Shown in pieces: positions 48,061-58,402 of a DNA stretch of 63,117 bases. The notes under the pieces are model-generated. The model searched no databases. It was given only the letters and a program-made list of their open reading frames with translations, and was not told the origin of the DNA. Position numbers and translations under genes: made by a program. The DNA is from Actinomycetota bacterium (GTDB lineage: Bacteria; Actinomycetota; Aquicultoria; UBA3085; Oleimmundimicrobiaceae): positions 1 through 63,117 of the forward strand of contig DSBK01000051.1 in NCBI GenBank assembly GCA_011046085.1. Reading direction: 5' to 3'. Each line of letters begins with the position of its first letter. The first letter of the stretch is position 1.

Positions 48061-49366
48061 GTTTTTGTGAAAAGGTTCGTGCTTCGCTCAGTATCTTTTC
48101 CTCATCGCAAACCAGTGAATTACCGTTCTCTATAACCAAATTGCCGTCTATAATAACCATGTCTACATCGGAACTTTTAACAGAATAGACAAGTTGTGAA
48201 TGAGCATTATATAGTGGAGTTAGATGTGGTTTGTTCAAGTCGATGAGCACGATATCGGCCTTCTTGTTGGACTCCAAAGAACCAATTACATCTCCAAGAC
48301 CCAAGACCTCAGCTCCTCCTTTTGTTGCCATCCATAGAGCTTCCTTAGCGTTAACCACGGTGGGATCTTTTCTTGTAATTTTATGAAGTCTGGCTGCGGT
48401 TTGCATCTCGCCAAACATATCCAAATCATTATTGCTAGTTGCTCCATCTGTACCCAGTCCGATTTTTATGCCGGCCATTAAAAGGTCTGGCACCGGGCAT
48501 ATCCCTGTTGCAAGCTTCATGTTACTTTGCGGGTTATGCGCAACTCCTATTTTTGTTTCTTTTAGTATCTCAATATCTTCACCTGAAACCCAGTTAACAT
48601 GCGCCGCGATCGTTCGTTCAGATAAAACACCAAGTTCTTTTAGATAAGCGATTGAGCTCATGCCCTTTTCCGACATAATTTTCTCGTTTTCCCACTTTTC
48701 TTCGGAGAGATGAATATGTAAGGGGATTTTATATTCTTCGGAAATCTCCGCTGCGCGCATCAAGAGCTCAGGAGAACATGTATAAAGCGCATGTGGCGCT
48801 ATCGCTGGCATTATCCGCTCATTTCCGCGGAGTTTTTCAATAAGATTTTGAGCGTTTCTTAGGCATTCATCGGCGGATCTGCTAACCGGCGTGGGCAGAT
48901 CGAGCAGCGGGCCGCCAAGAATGGCTTTTATCTTCATCTTTTCCAGAACTTCTGCAGCTACATCTGGTAAAAAATACATGTCACAAAAGATGGTTGTTCC
49001 GCTTTTGAGCATTTCTAATGCGGCAAGGCTTATGGCATTTCTTATGAATTCGGCGTTTACGTATTTAGACTCAGCGGGCCAGATGTGATTTTCCAACCAG
49101 TCTTTTAGCGGTAAATCGTCGGCCAATCCTCTAAAGTAGACCATGGCCGCATGTGTATGTGTGTTTACTAAGCCGGGAATGGCAAGTTTATTTTTGGCAA
49201 TTATCGTTTTTTTTGCCTCATAATTTGGTACTATTTTCTCATTTTTGTCGATGGCAATAATTTTGCCTTTGTCTATCGCGATTCCAGCATTTTCGATAAC
49301 CGAGAACTTATCATCGACGGTTACTGCCAAGCATTCTGAAATCAATAAATCAATCGATTTTGGCAT
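48041..49366 (-). CDS. mtaD: 5-methylthioadenosine/S-adenosylhomocysteine deaminase-like amidohydrolase
   Basis: NTHTHAAM, APHALYT, HLSE, HNPQSNMKL and GTDGATSNNDLDM motifs. RBS GGAGG. Confidence 0.85.
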   Translation of the reverse strand: MPKSIDLLISECLAVTVDDKFSVIENAGIAIDKGKIIAIDKNEKIVPNYEAKKTIIAKNKLAIPGLVNTHTHAAMVYFRGLADDLPLKDWLENHIWPAESKYVNAEFIRNAISLAALEMLKSGTTIFCDMYFLPDVAAEVLEKMKIKAILGGPLLDLPTPVSRSADECLRNAQNLIEKLRGNERIMPAIAPHALYTCSPELLMRAAEISEEYKIPLHIHLSEEKWENEKIMSEKGMSSIAYLKELGVLSERTIAAHVNWVSGEDIEILKETKIGVAHNPQSNMKLATGICPVPDLLMAGIKIGLGTDGATSNNDLDMFGEMQTAARLHKITRKDPTVVNAKEALWMATKGGAEVLGLGDVIGSLESNKKADIVLIDLNKPHLTPLYNAHSQLVYSVKSSDVDMVIIDGNLVIENGNSLVCDEEKILSEARTFSQKLKGVSF

Positions 49367-49416
49367 CTATTCCTCCGTCTTAATGGTGTTTTTGAGGTTT
49401 AACTGAAAAAGAATTA

Positions 49417-50292
49417 TTATAAAACTTCAAGACTTACGTAACATAGTCCACTACGCGGAGAGCAAATCTTTGAAAAGGCAGCTTTTGAAAGATCTATTAC
49501 TCGCCCAGGAACATATGGTCCCCTATCAATTATTTTTACCGTTACCTGTTTTCCGTTTACAAGATTTGTGACTCTGACCACCGTTCCCTTAGACAGTGTT
49601 TTATGAGCGGCCGTATATCCTGAAATGCCATACCAGCTGGCCCAACCTTTTTCAAAAATTACCGATGAAGCCGGGATTTTGCTACGAGATGGGGTATCTT
49701 TCGATATCTCCTTTTTACTTTCTAAACTTAAAAGCTTTGCTTCCTTAGTTTTTGGCTCATCATTAAGCTCATTTTTTAACCTGGTTATTTTGGCAATCAA
49801 CTTTTTGTGTTGCTTATAACTTTCTTCCAATTTCTCCAACTGACACAAAAGTTCCGATTGTGAGTTTTGAAGATTTGCAATCAACCCAGCATCCTTTTTT
49901 GAAATTCTTATCAATGCGTCTAATCTATAAAAGAAATCGTGAACATTTTCGCTGTCAATTAAAACAAACGCGGATAAAAAATTCTCTTGTTTATAAATGT
50001 TTACAACTCTATTGTTTAAGTTTTGAACCGAGCCATCCAGATCTTTTTCTGCTTTTTCTAAAATATTTTCTGTTTTAACTATCTCTTTTTTTAATTTTTG
50101 TGACTTTAAACTTATGTCATTGTATTCGGCTATCGTTTTGTTTAATTTGCTTTTAGTCTTTTCAACTTCATCTTGGAGTGTTGATCTAGGTTTAGCCGTA
50201 ACCAATAGGGGATTTAAAGAAAATGTCATCAATACCGTGATTGTTAAAAAAACCAGTTTGTTTATTGAATTTTTTGAGGAAATTGAATCCAA
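49417..50292 (-). CDS. Secreted PcsB-like coiled coil plus RlpA-like (DPBB) lytic transglycosylase domain
   Basis: Signal peptide, coiled coil, and C-terminal GWASWYG...TAAHKTL...VTNLVNGKQVTVKIIDRGPY...RVIDLS. TTG 50292 after GAGGGTGA is preferred to the track's 50322. Confidence 0.88.
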   Translation of the reverse strand: MDSISSKNSINKLVFLTITVLMTFSLNPLLVTAKPRSTLQDEVEKTKSKLNKTIAEYNDISLKSQKLKKEIVKTENILEKAEKDLDGSVQNLNNRVVNIYKQENFLSAFVLIDSENVHDFFYRLDALIRISKKDAGLIANLQNSQSELLCQLEKLEESYKQHKKLIAKITRLKNELNDEPKTKEAKLLSLESKKEISKDTPSRSKIPASSVIFEKGWASWYGISGYTAAHKTLSKGTVVRVTNLVNGKQVTVKIIDRGPYVPGRVIDLSKAAFSKICSPRSGLCYVSLEVL

Positions 50293-50425
50293 ATTGATCA
50301 CCCTCAAATATATTTGCGGCACAAAGTTAAAAAAATTATAGCATAGATGATAAGATTTAAAAGGATTGATGGAATAATATATGATTATAAAAAACTCTAA
50401 TTTTTATAGTTGGGAGCGTAATTTA

Positions 50426-52876
50426 TTGGAAAAAATTGCCCGGGTAATTGTCGACATTATATCTCAAAACGTTGATCGTCCCTTTGATTATTTGGTGCCT
50501 TCAGATCTTGCGTCAAGGGTCCAAGTGGGTTCTCAAGTACTGGTTTCTTTTAGACATCGCCTGCAATTAGGTTATGTTGTGGGGTTTACTGCCAAACCGG
50601 CTGTAAAAAACCTGAACTTGATTATCGATGTATTGGACGAGGATGTGGTTTTTGACGAGAAGATGTTAAGTTTATGTCGTTGGATAGGAAGACGTTATAT
50701 TTCATCTTTGAGTGAGACTTTAAAGCTTACTTTTCCACCAGGGAAAAATAGACATCTCAAGCAGGAGATAATCTTGCAAACAGAAGATGATGTTGGTTTG
50801 CGCAACCTTGCTCAGGAAGAGGCGGGATTAGTCGAAGTATTAAGAGAAATGGGCGGGAAGGCAGACGTTAATAGCATTCGAAAGCTTTATCCGAAAGGAC
50901 TGCCTAATTTAATTGGCAATCTTGAAAGAAAGAATATTATTACTAAAAAATATTTAATTTCAAATCCTCGGATAAATATGAAAACGGAGGAGTGCGTCAC
51001 ATTAAACACCTCGGCAGAGGAGGCGGTTAGCTTAATGGATTGCCTAAGAACAAGGGCTCCAAAACAAAAGAGGATATTATCTCTTTTAGTGAAAGAAAAA
51101 GTTATGCCGGTGAATGAACTTCTTTTTAGCGCCAACAGCTCTCGTCAGTCGTTAAAATCTCTCGTTGATAAAAATGTTGTCACATTAAGCAAAAAACCTA
51201 CATTTAGAGAGCCTGATTTTTTTTATCCAGAAAAAATTCCGCTCTCAATTAAGTTAACCGACGAACAATGCGATGTGCTTGCACAAATAAAAAATTCTAT
51301 TAATAAAGAAGGGTTCGTTGTTCAGCTCCTTCAGGGGGTGACGAGTAGCGGAAAAACAGAAGTTTACCTACAAGCTATAGCTGAGATTTTAAGTCGAGAC
51401 AAAACGGCGATAGTATTGGTTCCCGAAATAGCGCTAACACCACAAATGGTTCACAGATTTCGCTCACGTTTTGGGAACACCGTCGCAGCGCTTCATAGTG
51501 GACTTGGACTTGGTGAACGTTTTGATCAATGGAAAAGAATCAAGCATGGCGACTTCAAGGTCGTAGTTGGAGCGAGGTCGGCTCTGTTCGCGCCCCTGAA
51601 AAATCTAGGGCTCATCATCATTGATGAGGAATACGAGGTCACCTACAAGCAAAATTGCAATCCACGCTACCATGCAAGGGAGGTTGCCAAAAAAAGAGCT
51701 CAGCTAAGTAACGCCCTGTTGCTTTTAGGTAGCGCCACTCCAAGCATAGAAAGCAAACATGAGGCGGAAAGAGGAGCGTATGAGCTTCTCAGACTCACAA
51801 AGAGAGTTGGGGATAGAAAATTTCCGCAAATCGAAATAGTGGACATGAGGGCAAGAGATAAGGTTGCAAAATGGGGAATTTTCAGCGATGTCCTTCTTCG
51901 GGAAATAGAAACATGTATAGATTTAAATAAAAAAATAATTCTTTTTTTAAACAGAAGAGGATACGCGGGATTTGTTTTGTGCAAAGATTGCGGGCATGTC
52001 TTAAAATGCAAAAGATGCGATGTTTCTCTAGTTTACCATGCGGACGATAAGACCATGCGCTGTCACCATTGTGGATATATCATCCACCCCCCCGATACGT
52101 GTCCAAAATGCAAAGGCTACAAGATGGGGCGTTTTGGTATCGGGACTCAGCGGGTTGAAAGCGAGGTTAAAAAATTTTTCCCGGATATTCCCTTGATACG
52201 AATGGACGCGGATACGACCCAAAAAAAGGATTCTCATCGCAAAAAACTAATTGCCTTTAAAAATTTGGAGTGTGGGATACTGCTTGGTACGCAAATGATC
52301 GCGAAAGGACTCGATTTTCCCGATGTTGCATTGGTCGGCGTCATAAATGCTGATACGGCGCTTCATTTACCTGATTTTCGAGCGAGCGAGCGAACATTTC
52401 AGCTTTTAATGCAATTAAGCGGCAGGGCCGGCAGGGGCAAGGTTCCGGGGAAAGTTATAATTCAAACTTATTGTCCGGATTCATATGCAATTTCCGCTGT
52501 AAAAAAATATACCTACGATGAATTTTATAAAGAAGAGATAGAAATAAGAAAAGAACTTGACTACCCTCCGTTTTCTGAACTTGTTAATATTATATTTTCC
52601 GGCAAGGAAGAGAAGTGTGTCATGAAAGAAGCACACTTGTTTAATAAACGGCTCGATGAAATTAAAGATAAAGAATGGTTAAAAGATTGCTTGGGTCCAG
52701 CGCCTTCGCCGCTATCGAAAATTAAGTGCAAATACAGATGGCACACCATCTTGAAAACTAAAGACTCCGCGATGGCCGCAAGCTTTCTCAAGGAACATTT
52801 GAGTGATTTAATTTCCAAGAAAAGCCCAAGGGATGTTAATATAACAATAGACATCGATCCAATCTGGACTCTTTGA
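50426..52876 (+). CDS. priA: Primosomal protein N'
   Basis: FDYLVP, QGVTSSGKTEVY, VPEIALTPQ, DEEY, GSATPS, Zn-binding CxxC pairs and GTQMIAKGLDF. TTG 50426 after GGGAG is preferred to 50381. Confidence 0.97.
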   Translation: MEKIARVIVDIISQNVDRPFDYLVPSDLASRVQVGSQVLVSFRHRLQLGYVVGFTAKPAVKNLNLIIDVLDEDVVFDEKMLSLCRWIGRRYISSLSETLKLTFPPGKNRHLKQEIILQTEDDVGLRNLAQEEAGLVEVLREMGGKADVNSIRKLYPKGLPNLIGNLERKNIITKKYLISNPRINMKTEECVTLNTSAEEAVSLMDCLRTRAPKQKRILSLLVKEKVMPVNELLFSANSSRQSLKSLVDKNVVTLSKKPTFREPDFFYPEKIPLSIKLTDEQCDVLAQIKNSINKEGFVVQLLQGVTSSGKTEVYLQAIAEILSRDKTAIVLVPEIALTPQMVHRFRSRFGNTVAALHSGLGLGERFDQWKRIKHGDFKVVVGARSALFAPLKNLGLIIIDEEYEVTYKQNCNPRYHAREVAKKRAQLSNALLLLGSATPSIESKHEAERGAYELLRLTKRVGDRKFPQIEIVDMRARDKVAKWGIFSDVLLREIETCIDLNKKIILFLNRRGYAGFVLCKDCGHVLKCKRCDVSLVYHADDKTMRCHHCGYIIHPPDTCPKCKGYKMGRFGIGTQRVESEVKKFFPDIPLIRMDADTTQKKDSHRKKLIAFKNLECGILLGTQMIAKGLDFPDVALVGVINADTALHLPDFRASERTFQLLMQLSGRAGRGKVPGKVIIQTYCPDSYAISAVKKYTYDEFYKEEIEIRKELDYPPFSELVNIIFSGKEEKCVMKEAHLFNKRLDEIKDKEWLKDCLGPAPSPLSKIKCKYRWHTILKTKDSAMAASFLKEHLSDLISKKSPRDVNITIDIDPIWTL

Positions 52877-52889
52877 TAAGGAGAGGAAA

Positions 52890-53396
52890 ATGGCAATTTT
52901 AACGATTAGAGAATTTGGCGATCTTGTTCTTAGGGAAAAAGCGACACAAGTTGAGGATATTGACAAAAGTTTAAAGAAACTTGTAAAAAATATGGCGGAT
53001 ACAATGTACGATGCGCCCGGGATTGGACTTGCCGCGCCTCAAATAGGAGTTCTTAAAAAAATTTTTATTTGTGATTTGGGTGATGGTCTTCAAGTATATA
53101 TAAATCCAGAAATTGTGAGCGCCGAGGATGAGACGGAAGAAGAAGAGGGCTGTTTAAGCATTCCCAATATTAGAGTTCCCGTCAAACGGGCAAAGAAAGT
53201 TAAGATTGCCGCCTTAAATATGGATGGAAAAAAGGTTACTTTCGTAGCCGATGATTTATTGGCAAGGGTTTTTCAGCATGAAGTTGATCACATAAACGGC
53301 TTAGTTATCTTGGACAGAACCAGCGGTGAAAACAAAAGAAAAGCTTTAAGAGAGCTAAGCGAGTGTTCAGATAAGCCAGCTGGAGGAAGTTATTGA
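52890..53396 (+). CDS. def: Peptide deformylase
   Basis: GIGLAAPQIG, EGCLS and QHEVDH motifs. Confidence 0.97.
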   Translation: MAILTIREFGDLVLREKATQVEDIDKSLKKLVKNMADTMYDAPGIGLAAPQIGVLKKIFICDLGDGLQVYINPEIVSAEDETEEEEGCLSIPNIRVPVKRAKKVKIAALNMDGKKVTFVADDLLARVFQHEVDHINGLVILDRTSGENKRKALRELSECSDKPAGGSY

Positions 53397-54325
53397 AGAT
53401 TATTTTTATGGGAACACCGCAGTTTGCAATCCCTTCACTTAATGCTTTGCTCGACTCTAAACACCAAGTTTTAGCAGTTGTAACTCAACCTGATCGTCCA
53501 AAAGGAAGGCGGTTAAGGTTATCCCTTTCTCCCGTAAAAGAATTGGCATTGAAGAAAAAAATACCCATCATCCAGCCATCAAGCTTAAATGATGATGAAT
53601 TTAAAAAACAGATAACCAACCTAAATCCCGATATAATAATTGTCGTCGCGTTTGGGCGGTTAATTCCATCTTGGTTGCTTAATTTGTCTACATACGGTTG
53701 CGTAAATCTACATGCCTCTCTCTTGCCAAAATATCGCGGGGCGGCGCCTATCCAAAGAGCGATCATGGATGGGTGTGCAGAAACGGGAGCAACAACGATG
53801 TTTATGGATGAGGGCCTTGATACGGGTGATGTTTTATTGCAAAAGAAGGTGCCCATACTTGATGATGAAACTGCCGGTGAACTTCACGATAAACTCTCAT
53901 ACTTGGGTCCCGATCTAATTTTAAAGACCGTCAAGGGCTTTGAATCAAATTCAATTAAGCAGATTAAACAAATTAACGCGGAAGCAACATTTGCACCTAA
54001 AATCGAAAAAGATGAGGCTAAAATTAACTGGAATAAACCTGCTCAAGAAGTAAGAAATCTTATCCGTGCTTTAAATCCTGTCCCGGGGGCACACACTCTC
54101 TTTAACGGTGAGCGCTTAAAAATATTGAGGGCAAAAGAGGTAGAAAACAAATCTTCTTTATCCGTCGGCTTGATCATCGATATTAAAGAAGGAGCTGGTT
54201 TTGTAATCTCCTGCAAAAAGAACGCTCTTTTGGTCCTTCAAGTTCAACCTGAAGGGAAAAAAGCTATGGGTGCGGACGAATTTACAAGAGGACATACTGT
54301 TAAAAGGGGAGATAAGTTCGAATAA
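53393..54325 (+). CDS. fmt: Methionyl-tRNA formyltransferase
   Basis: FMGTPQFA, VTQPDRP, NLHASLLPKYRGAAPIQ and GLDTGD motifs. Confidence 0.97.
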   Translation: MKIIFMGTPQFAIPSLNALLDSKHQVLAVVTQPDRPKGRRLRLSLSPVKELALKKKIPIIQPSSLNDDEFKKQITNLNPDIIIVVAFGRLIPSWLLNLSTYGCVNLHASLLPKYRGAAPIQRAIMDGCAETGATTMFMDEGLDTGDVLLQKKVPILDDETAGELHDKLSYLGPDLILKTVKGFESNSIKQIKQINAEATFAPKIEKDEAKINWNKPAQEVRNLIRALNPVPGAHTLFNGERLKILRAKEVENKSSLSVGLIIDIKEGAGFVISCKKNALLVLQVQPEGKKAMGADEFTRGHTVKRGDKFE

Positions 54326-55668
54326 TGCCAAAAACCGCAAGAGAGCTAGCATTAGATATCATCTACAAAGTTCACAAAGATAAAATTTACGCAAACCATC
54401 TTTTGCCGGAGGCGCTAAGGACAAAAGACTTATCCAGCCAGGACAAATTCTTTGTAACTGAACTTGTTTGTGGTGCTTTGAGAATGGAGGGAAGCATCGA
54501 TTGGGTTTTGTCGAACTTTTCATCTAAAGAAATGAACAAAATACCTCCCAAGGCTCTTGATATTTTAAGACTGGGAACGTATCAGCTCTTATATCTTGAT
54601 AGAGTGCCGTCGAGAGCCGCCGTTGATGAATCAGTAAAAATTGCCAAAAAAAACTTTCATCAGGGGATAGCAAATTTCGTAAATGGAATCCTCCGCGAAA
54701 TAAGCAGAAACAAATCCGAGATAAAATTTCCAAAAAAAGACAATGAACCGGTTGCGCACATATCGTTAAAACACTCGCATCCCGAATGGCTTGTTAGAAG
54801 ATGGATTAATGAATTTGGAGTTGAAGAAACCGAGAAGCTATGTATGGCAAACAACATAAGGCCCCAAGTTAAATTGAGAACAAACCTCTTAAAAATCACT
54901 CCAAGACAATTAGCAAATATGCTTAATAAACGAGGCGTCACAACCTCCCAAAGCACTCTTTTGAATGAAGCGTTAATAGTTGATGAAGCGGCAAATTTGA
55001 CCGACACAATGGAGTTTAAAAACGGTCTATTTTTTATTCAAGATGAAAGTTCCATGATGGTTTCTCATATTGTAAATCCTCAGCCGGGCGAAACTGTCCT
55101 CGATACCTGTTCCTCACCTGGAGGTAAAACAACGCATCTCGCTGAAATGATGAGAAATAAAGGATTGATTATAGCGGTTGACAAACAACCAATGCGCTTA
55201 AAATTACTTGAAAAATCTTGCGCCCGAATGGGTGTTGAAATTGTTGCCATCGCTCAAGCTGATGCAACTAAATTAAACGAAATATTGAGCAAACCCGTAG
55301 ACAAGGTTTTAGTAGATGCTCCCTGCTCTGGTTTGGGAGTTTTAGCGCGAAAACCGGATGCAAGATGGCGCAAAACTCCAGAACAAATTGTAAAATTGGC
55401 GAAGTTACAGCAAAACTTGCTTTCATCTGCCAAACAATTCGTAAAAATAGGCGGCAGACTAGTGTATTCGGTTTGTACAATCTCAAAAGAGGAAACCCTT
55501 GATATCGTTGATTTCTTTCTTGATAATTCCGGTGAATTTGAGTTAGAAGATATTGGGGATCGTCTTTCTGTTCAATTCGGGGAGAAAAAAAAGTGGGTAC
55601 AACTACTGCCACACAAACACAAGACCGATGGTATGTTTATAGCTAGTTTTGTTCGTGTTGGCGGTTAA
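54325..55668 (+). CDS. rsmB: 16S rRNA m5C967 methyltransferase
   Basis: NusB-like N-terminus, IQDESS, LDTCSSPGGKT, LVDAPCSGLG, YSVCT and DGMFIA motifs. Confidence 0.95.
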   Translation: MPKTARELALDIIYKVHKDKIYANHLLPEALRTKDLSSQDKFFVTELVCGALRMEGSIDWVLSNFSSKEMNKIPPKALDILRLGTYQLLYLDRVPSRAAVDESVKIAKKNFHQGIANFVNGILREISRNKSEIKFPKKDNEPVAHISLKHSHPEWLVRRWINEFGVEETEKLCMANNIRPQVKLRTNLLKITPRQLANMLNKRGVTTSQSTLLNEALIVDEAANLTDTMEFKNGLFFIQDESSMMVSHIVNPQPGETVLDTCSSPGGKTTHLAEMMRNKGLIIAVDKQPMRLKLLEKSCARMGVEIVAIAQADATKLNEILSKPVDKVLVDAPCSGLGVLARKPDARWRKTPEQIVKLAKLQQNLLSSAKQFVKIGGRLVYSVCTISKEETLDIVDFFLDNSGEFELEDIGDRLSVQFGEKKKWVQLLPHKHKTDGMFIASFVRVGG

Positions 55669-55733
55669 TAAGTTTGAAGAAGACCTATTCCAATGGTAAA
55701 ATCTAAACACTCTTTGTCAAGAAAGGAACGATA

Positions 55734-56399
55734 ATGAGAAAAGTTAAAATTGCTCCCTCAATTTTATCGGCTAATTTTGCGCGATTGGGTGAAGAGGTTA
55801 AGCTTATCGAGGCGGGCGGGGCGGACTATATCCATATAGATGTGATGGATGGGCACTTTGTGCCCAATATAACAATTGGCCCGCAGGTTGTAAAATTTTT
55901 AAGCAAAGAAACAACCGTTCCGCTAGATGTTCACTTGATGATAAACAATCCGGATTTTTTTCTCGATGATTTTGTCGCGGCTGGGAGCAACTTGCTATCG
56001 GTTCATGTGGAGGCAAGCACCCATCTGCATCGGACAATTCAAAAAATTAAGTCATATCCAAATGTAAAAGCCGGGGTTGCCCTAAATCCGGCTACAGCGC
56101 TTACCAATTTAATAAATATTTTAAATGAGATCGATTTCGTCTTAATTATGACCGTAAATCCCGGATTCGGCGGACAAGAATTTATTACTCAAATGCTTAA
56201 TAAGATTAGGTTTTTAAAGGGATTGATCAAGGATGGAAATTTGCCCGTTGAAATAGAGGTTGATGGTGGAATCAATATCGATAATGCAAAGAAAGTGTTT
56301 GATGCAGGCGCCGATACGTTGGTGGCTGGTTCCTCGATTTTTTCCAAAAGCGACCCAAAAAAAGCCATTGTTGATTTGAGAAATGCTGTTAATGCTTAG
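55734..56399 (+). CDS. rpe: Ribulose-phosphate 3-epimerase
   Basis: IAPSILSA, HIDVMDGHFVPN, DVHLM, MTVNPGFGGQ and EVDGGI motifs. Confidence 0.97.
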   Translation: MRKVKIAPSILSANFARLGEEVKLIEAGGADYIHIDVMDGHFVPNITIGPQVVKFLSKETTVPLDVHLMINNPDFFLDDFVAAGSNLLSVHVEASTHLHRTIQKIKSYPNVKAGVALNPATALTNLINILNEIDFVLIMTVNPGFGGQEFITQMLNKIRFLKGLIKDGNLPVEIEVDGGINIDNAKKVFDAGADTLVAGSSIFSKSDPKKAIVDLRNAVNA

Positions 56400-56428
56400 T
56401 TGATTTACGTATCTTTATCTGGTATTAT
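56400..56428 (+). promoter_or_regulatory. Putative sigma70-type promoter of the rib operon
   Basis: TTGATT, 17-nt spacer, TATTAT with TGn extension, upstream of the FMN aptamer. Confidence 0.55.
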
Positions 56429-56443
56429 ATTTTAAATTAAATA

Positions 56444-56581
56444 AATTTTCGGGACAGGGTGACCTCGCATTAAGCAAAGCGAGGAATTCCTTACCGGCGG
56501 TAAAGCCCGCTAACCCCGCTAATGGCGGGGCCGATTCGGTGAAATTCCGAAGCCGACAGTAAAGTCTGGATGGGAGAAAGG
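56444..56581 (+). promoter_or_regulatory. FMN riboswitch (RFN element) with an atypical L2 insertion
   Basis: TCGGGACAGGGTGA[22-nt insert]AATTCCTTACCGGCGGTAAAGCCCGC...GATTCGGTGAAATTCCGAAGCCGACAGTAAAGTCTGGATGGGAGAA, upstream of ribD. Confidence 0.95.
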
Positions 56582-56632
56582 TTTATTATTAAGTCAAGGA
56601 CTTTTCTGCCTTGGCTTATTTAATTTGGAGAG

Positions 56633-57739
56633 ATGAGCGAATTGGAAAAAAGATATATGCAAAAAGCGATAAAATTGGCTGAAAAGGGCAGGGGAAGAAC
56701 CAGCCCAAACCCGTTGGTGGGCGCGGTTGTTGTTAAAAACGGAATGGTTGTCGGGGAAGGTTATCATGCCAAAGCGGGAGAGCCACACGCAGAAATAATT
56801 GCAATTAGAGGTGCGGCGAAAGCAGCGAGGGATGCAACGTTATATGTGACCTTGGAACCATGCTGTACGTATGGAAAAACCCCGCCTTGCACTGAAGAAA
56901 TAATATCTTCGGGAATAAAAAGGGTTGTGATTGGTTTAATTGATCCAAATCCTAAGGTAAACGGCAGAGGCGTTGATGAGCTTAAAAAAGCTCAAATTGA
57001 AGTATTGACTGGTCTCCTTGAAAAAAAAGTAGCAAAACAAAATGAGATTTATGTTAAATATATCACCACGAAATCACCGTTTGTTCTTATGAAGTCGGCG
57101 ATAAGTTTTGACGGAAAAATAACTTCAAAAAATGGCCAACCTGCTTGGATTACAAATGAAAAATCTAGAAGGATTGTTCATGAATTAAGAAACACATACG
57201 ACGCAATCTTGATCGGAGTAAACACAATTATTGCAGATAACCCCATTTTAAACACGCGATTGAATAGAAATAATCTTAAAAATCCTTTAAGAATTATTGT
57301 CGATAGCAACGCAAGAATTCCTCTCAAAGCAAAGGTTGTTGAAACGGCTAAAGAAATACCCACGTTATTAGCAACAACCAAAAACGCACCGGCCAAAAAA
57401 ATTGAAACCTTAAATAAAATGGGTGTTCAAATTTTAGAATTACCCGATGAAAAAGGAGAGGTTGATTTAAAGAGTCTTTTAAAAGAACTCGGCAAAAAGG
57501 AAACTGCCAGCATAATTTTGGAAGGAGGGGCTCGTCTGAACTCATCCTTTATTAAAAAAGGATTTGTGGACAAAATGATATTTTTTGTTGCACCCAAAAT
57601 AATCGGCGGAAATAAATCTTTAAATTTCATCACAAACACCGATGTTTCAGTCGATTTTATTTTTGATAAGATCAGGTTGGCACAAGGCGATCTGTTGATA
57701 GAGGCATATCCAAAGGCAAATCAGATTGTTGAGGGATAA
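56633..57739 (+). CDS. ribD: Bifunctional riboflavin deaminase/reductase
   Basis: PNPLVG, HAE, LEPCCTYGKTPPC, SFDGK, NTIIADNP and EGGARL motifs. Confidence 0.97.
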   Translation: MSELEKRYMQKAIKLAEKGRGRTSPNPLVGAVVVKNGMVVGEGYHAKAGEPHAEIIAIRGAAKAARDATLYVTLEPCCTYGKTPPCTEEIISSGIKRVVIGLIDPNPKVNGRGVDELKKAQIEVLTGLLEKKVAKQNEIYVKYITTKSPFVLMKSAISFDGKITSKNGQPAWITNEKSRRIVHELRNTYDAILIGVNTIIADNPILNTRLNRNNLKNPLRIIVDSNARIPLKAKVVETAKEIPTLLATTKNAPAKKIETLNKMGVQILELPDEKGEVDLKSLLKELGKKETASIILEGGARLNSSFIKKGFVDKMIFFVAPKIIGGNKSLNFITNTDVSVDFIFDKIRLAQGDLLIEAYPKANQIVEG

Positions 57740-57742
57740 AGA

Positions 57743-58402
57743 ATGTTTACTGGAATAATTGAAGAATTGGGAAGAGTGCAATCAATCAGAAAAACTGGGA
57801 ATTCCCGTTCAATTGCAATCTCGGCTTCAAAAACAATTAAAGATGCTCAGATAGGTGATTCGATTGCAGTCAATGGTATTTGTTTGACCGTAACAAAGTT
57901 AAGAAAAGATGTCTTTGAAGCGGATATTATGCCCGAAACTTTGAAAAAAACAAATCTTCGAGTATTAAGGCGTGGCGAAGCGGTAAATCTTGAGAGGGCC
58001 CTTAAGTTTTCAGATCGTATCGGGGGGCATATCGTCTCCGGGCACGTTGATGGGTTGGGTAAAATAATTTCAAAAAAATCAAAGGACGGCGCCATAATCT
58101 TAACGATTAAAACAAAACCGCAAATTACACAATTTCTCGTATCCAGGGGGTCTGTTGCGGTTGATGGCATAAGTCTAACTGTAGTCGATGTTGCACACGA
58201 TAGGTTTAGTGTTTCAATCATTCCTCATACCGCCGAAACAACAACTTTGGGAATTAAAAAAAGTGGAGCGACCCTAAATATAGAAACCGATGCGATGGGT
58301 AAATACGTTGAGAGACTAATAAAGAAATCGGAAAAGGACATATCTCGCAAAACATTCATAAAATATAGACTTCCAAGAAAGGAGGATAAAGATGCCGTTT
58401 GA
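57743..58402 (+). CDS. ribE: Riboflavin synthase (alpha chain)
   Basis: [48 protein letters not shown] and IIPHT motifs. Confidence 0.97.
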   Translation: MFTGIIEELGRVQSIRKTGNSRSIAISASKTIKDAQIGDSIAVNGICLTVTKLRKDVFEADIMPETLKKTNLRVLRRGEAVNLERALKFSDRIGGHIVSGHVDGLGKIISKKSKDGAIILTIKTKPQITQFLVSRGSVAVDGISLTVVDVAHDRFSVSIIPHTAETTTLGIKKSGATLNIETDAMGKYVERLIKKSEKDISRKTFIKYRLPRKEDKDAV

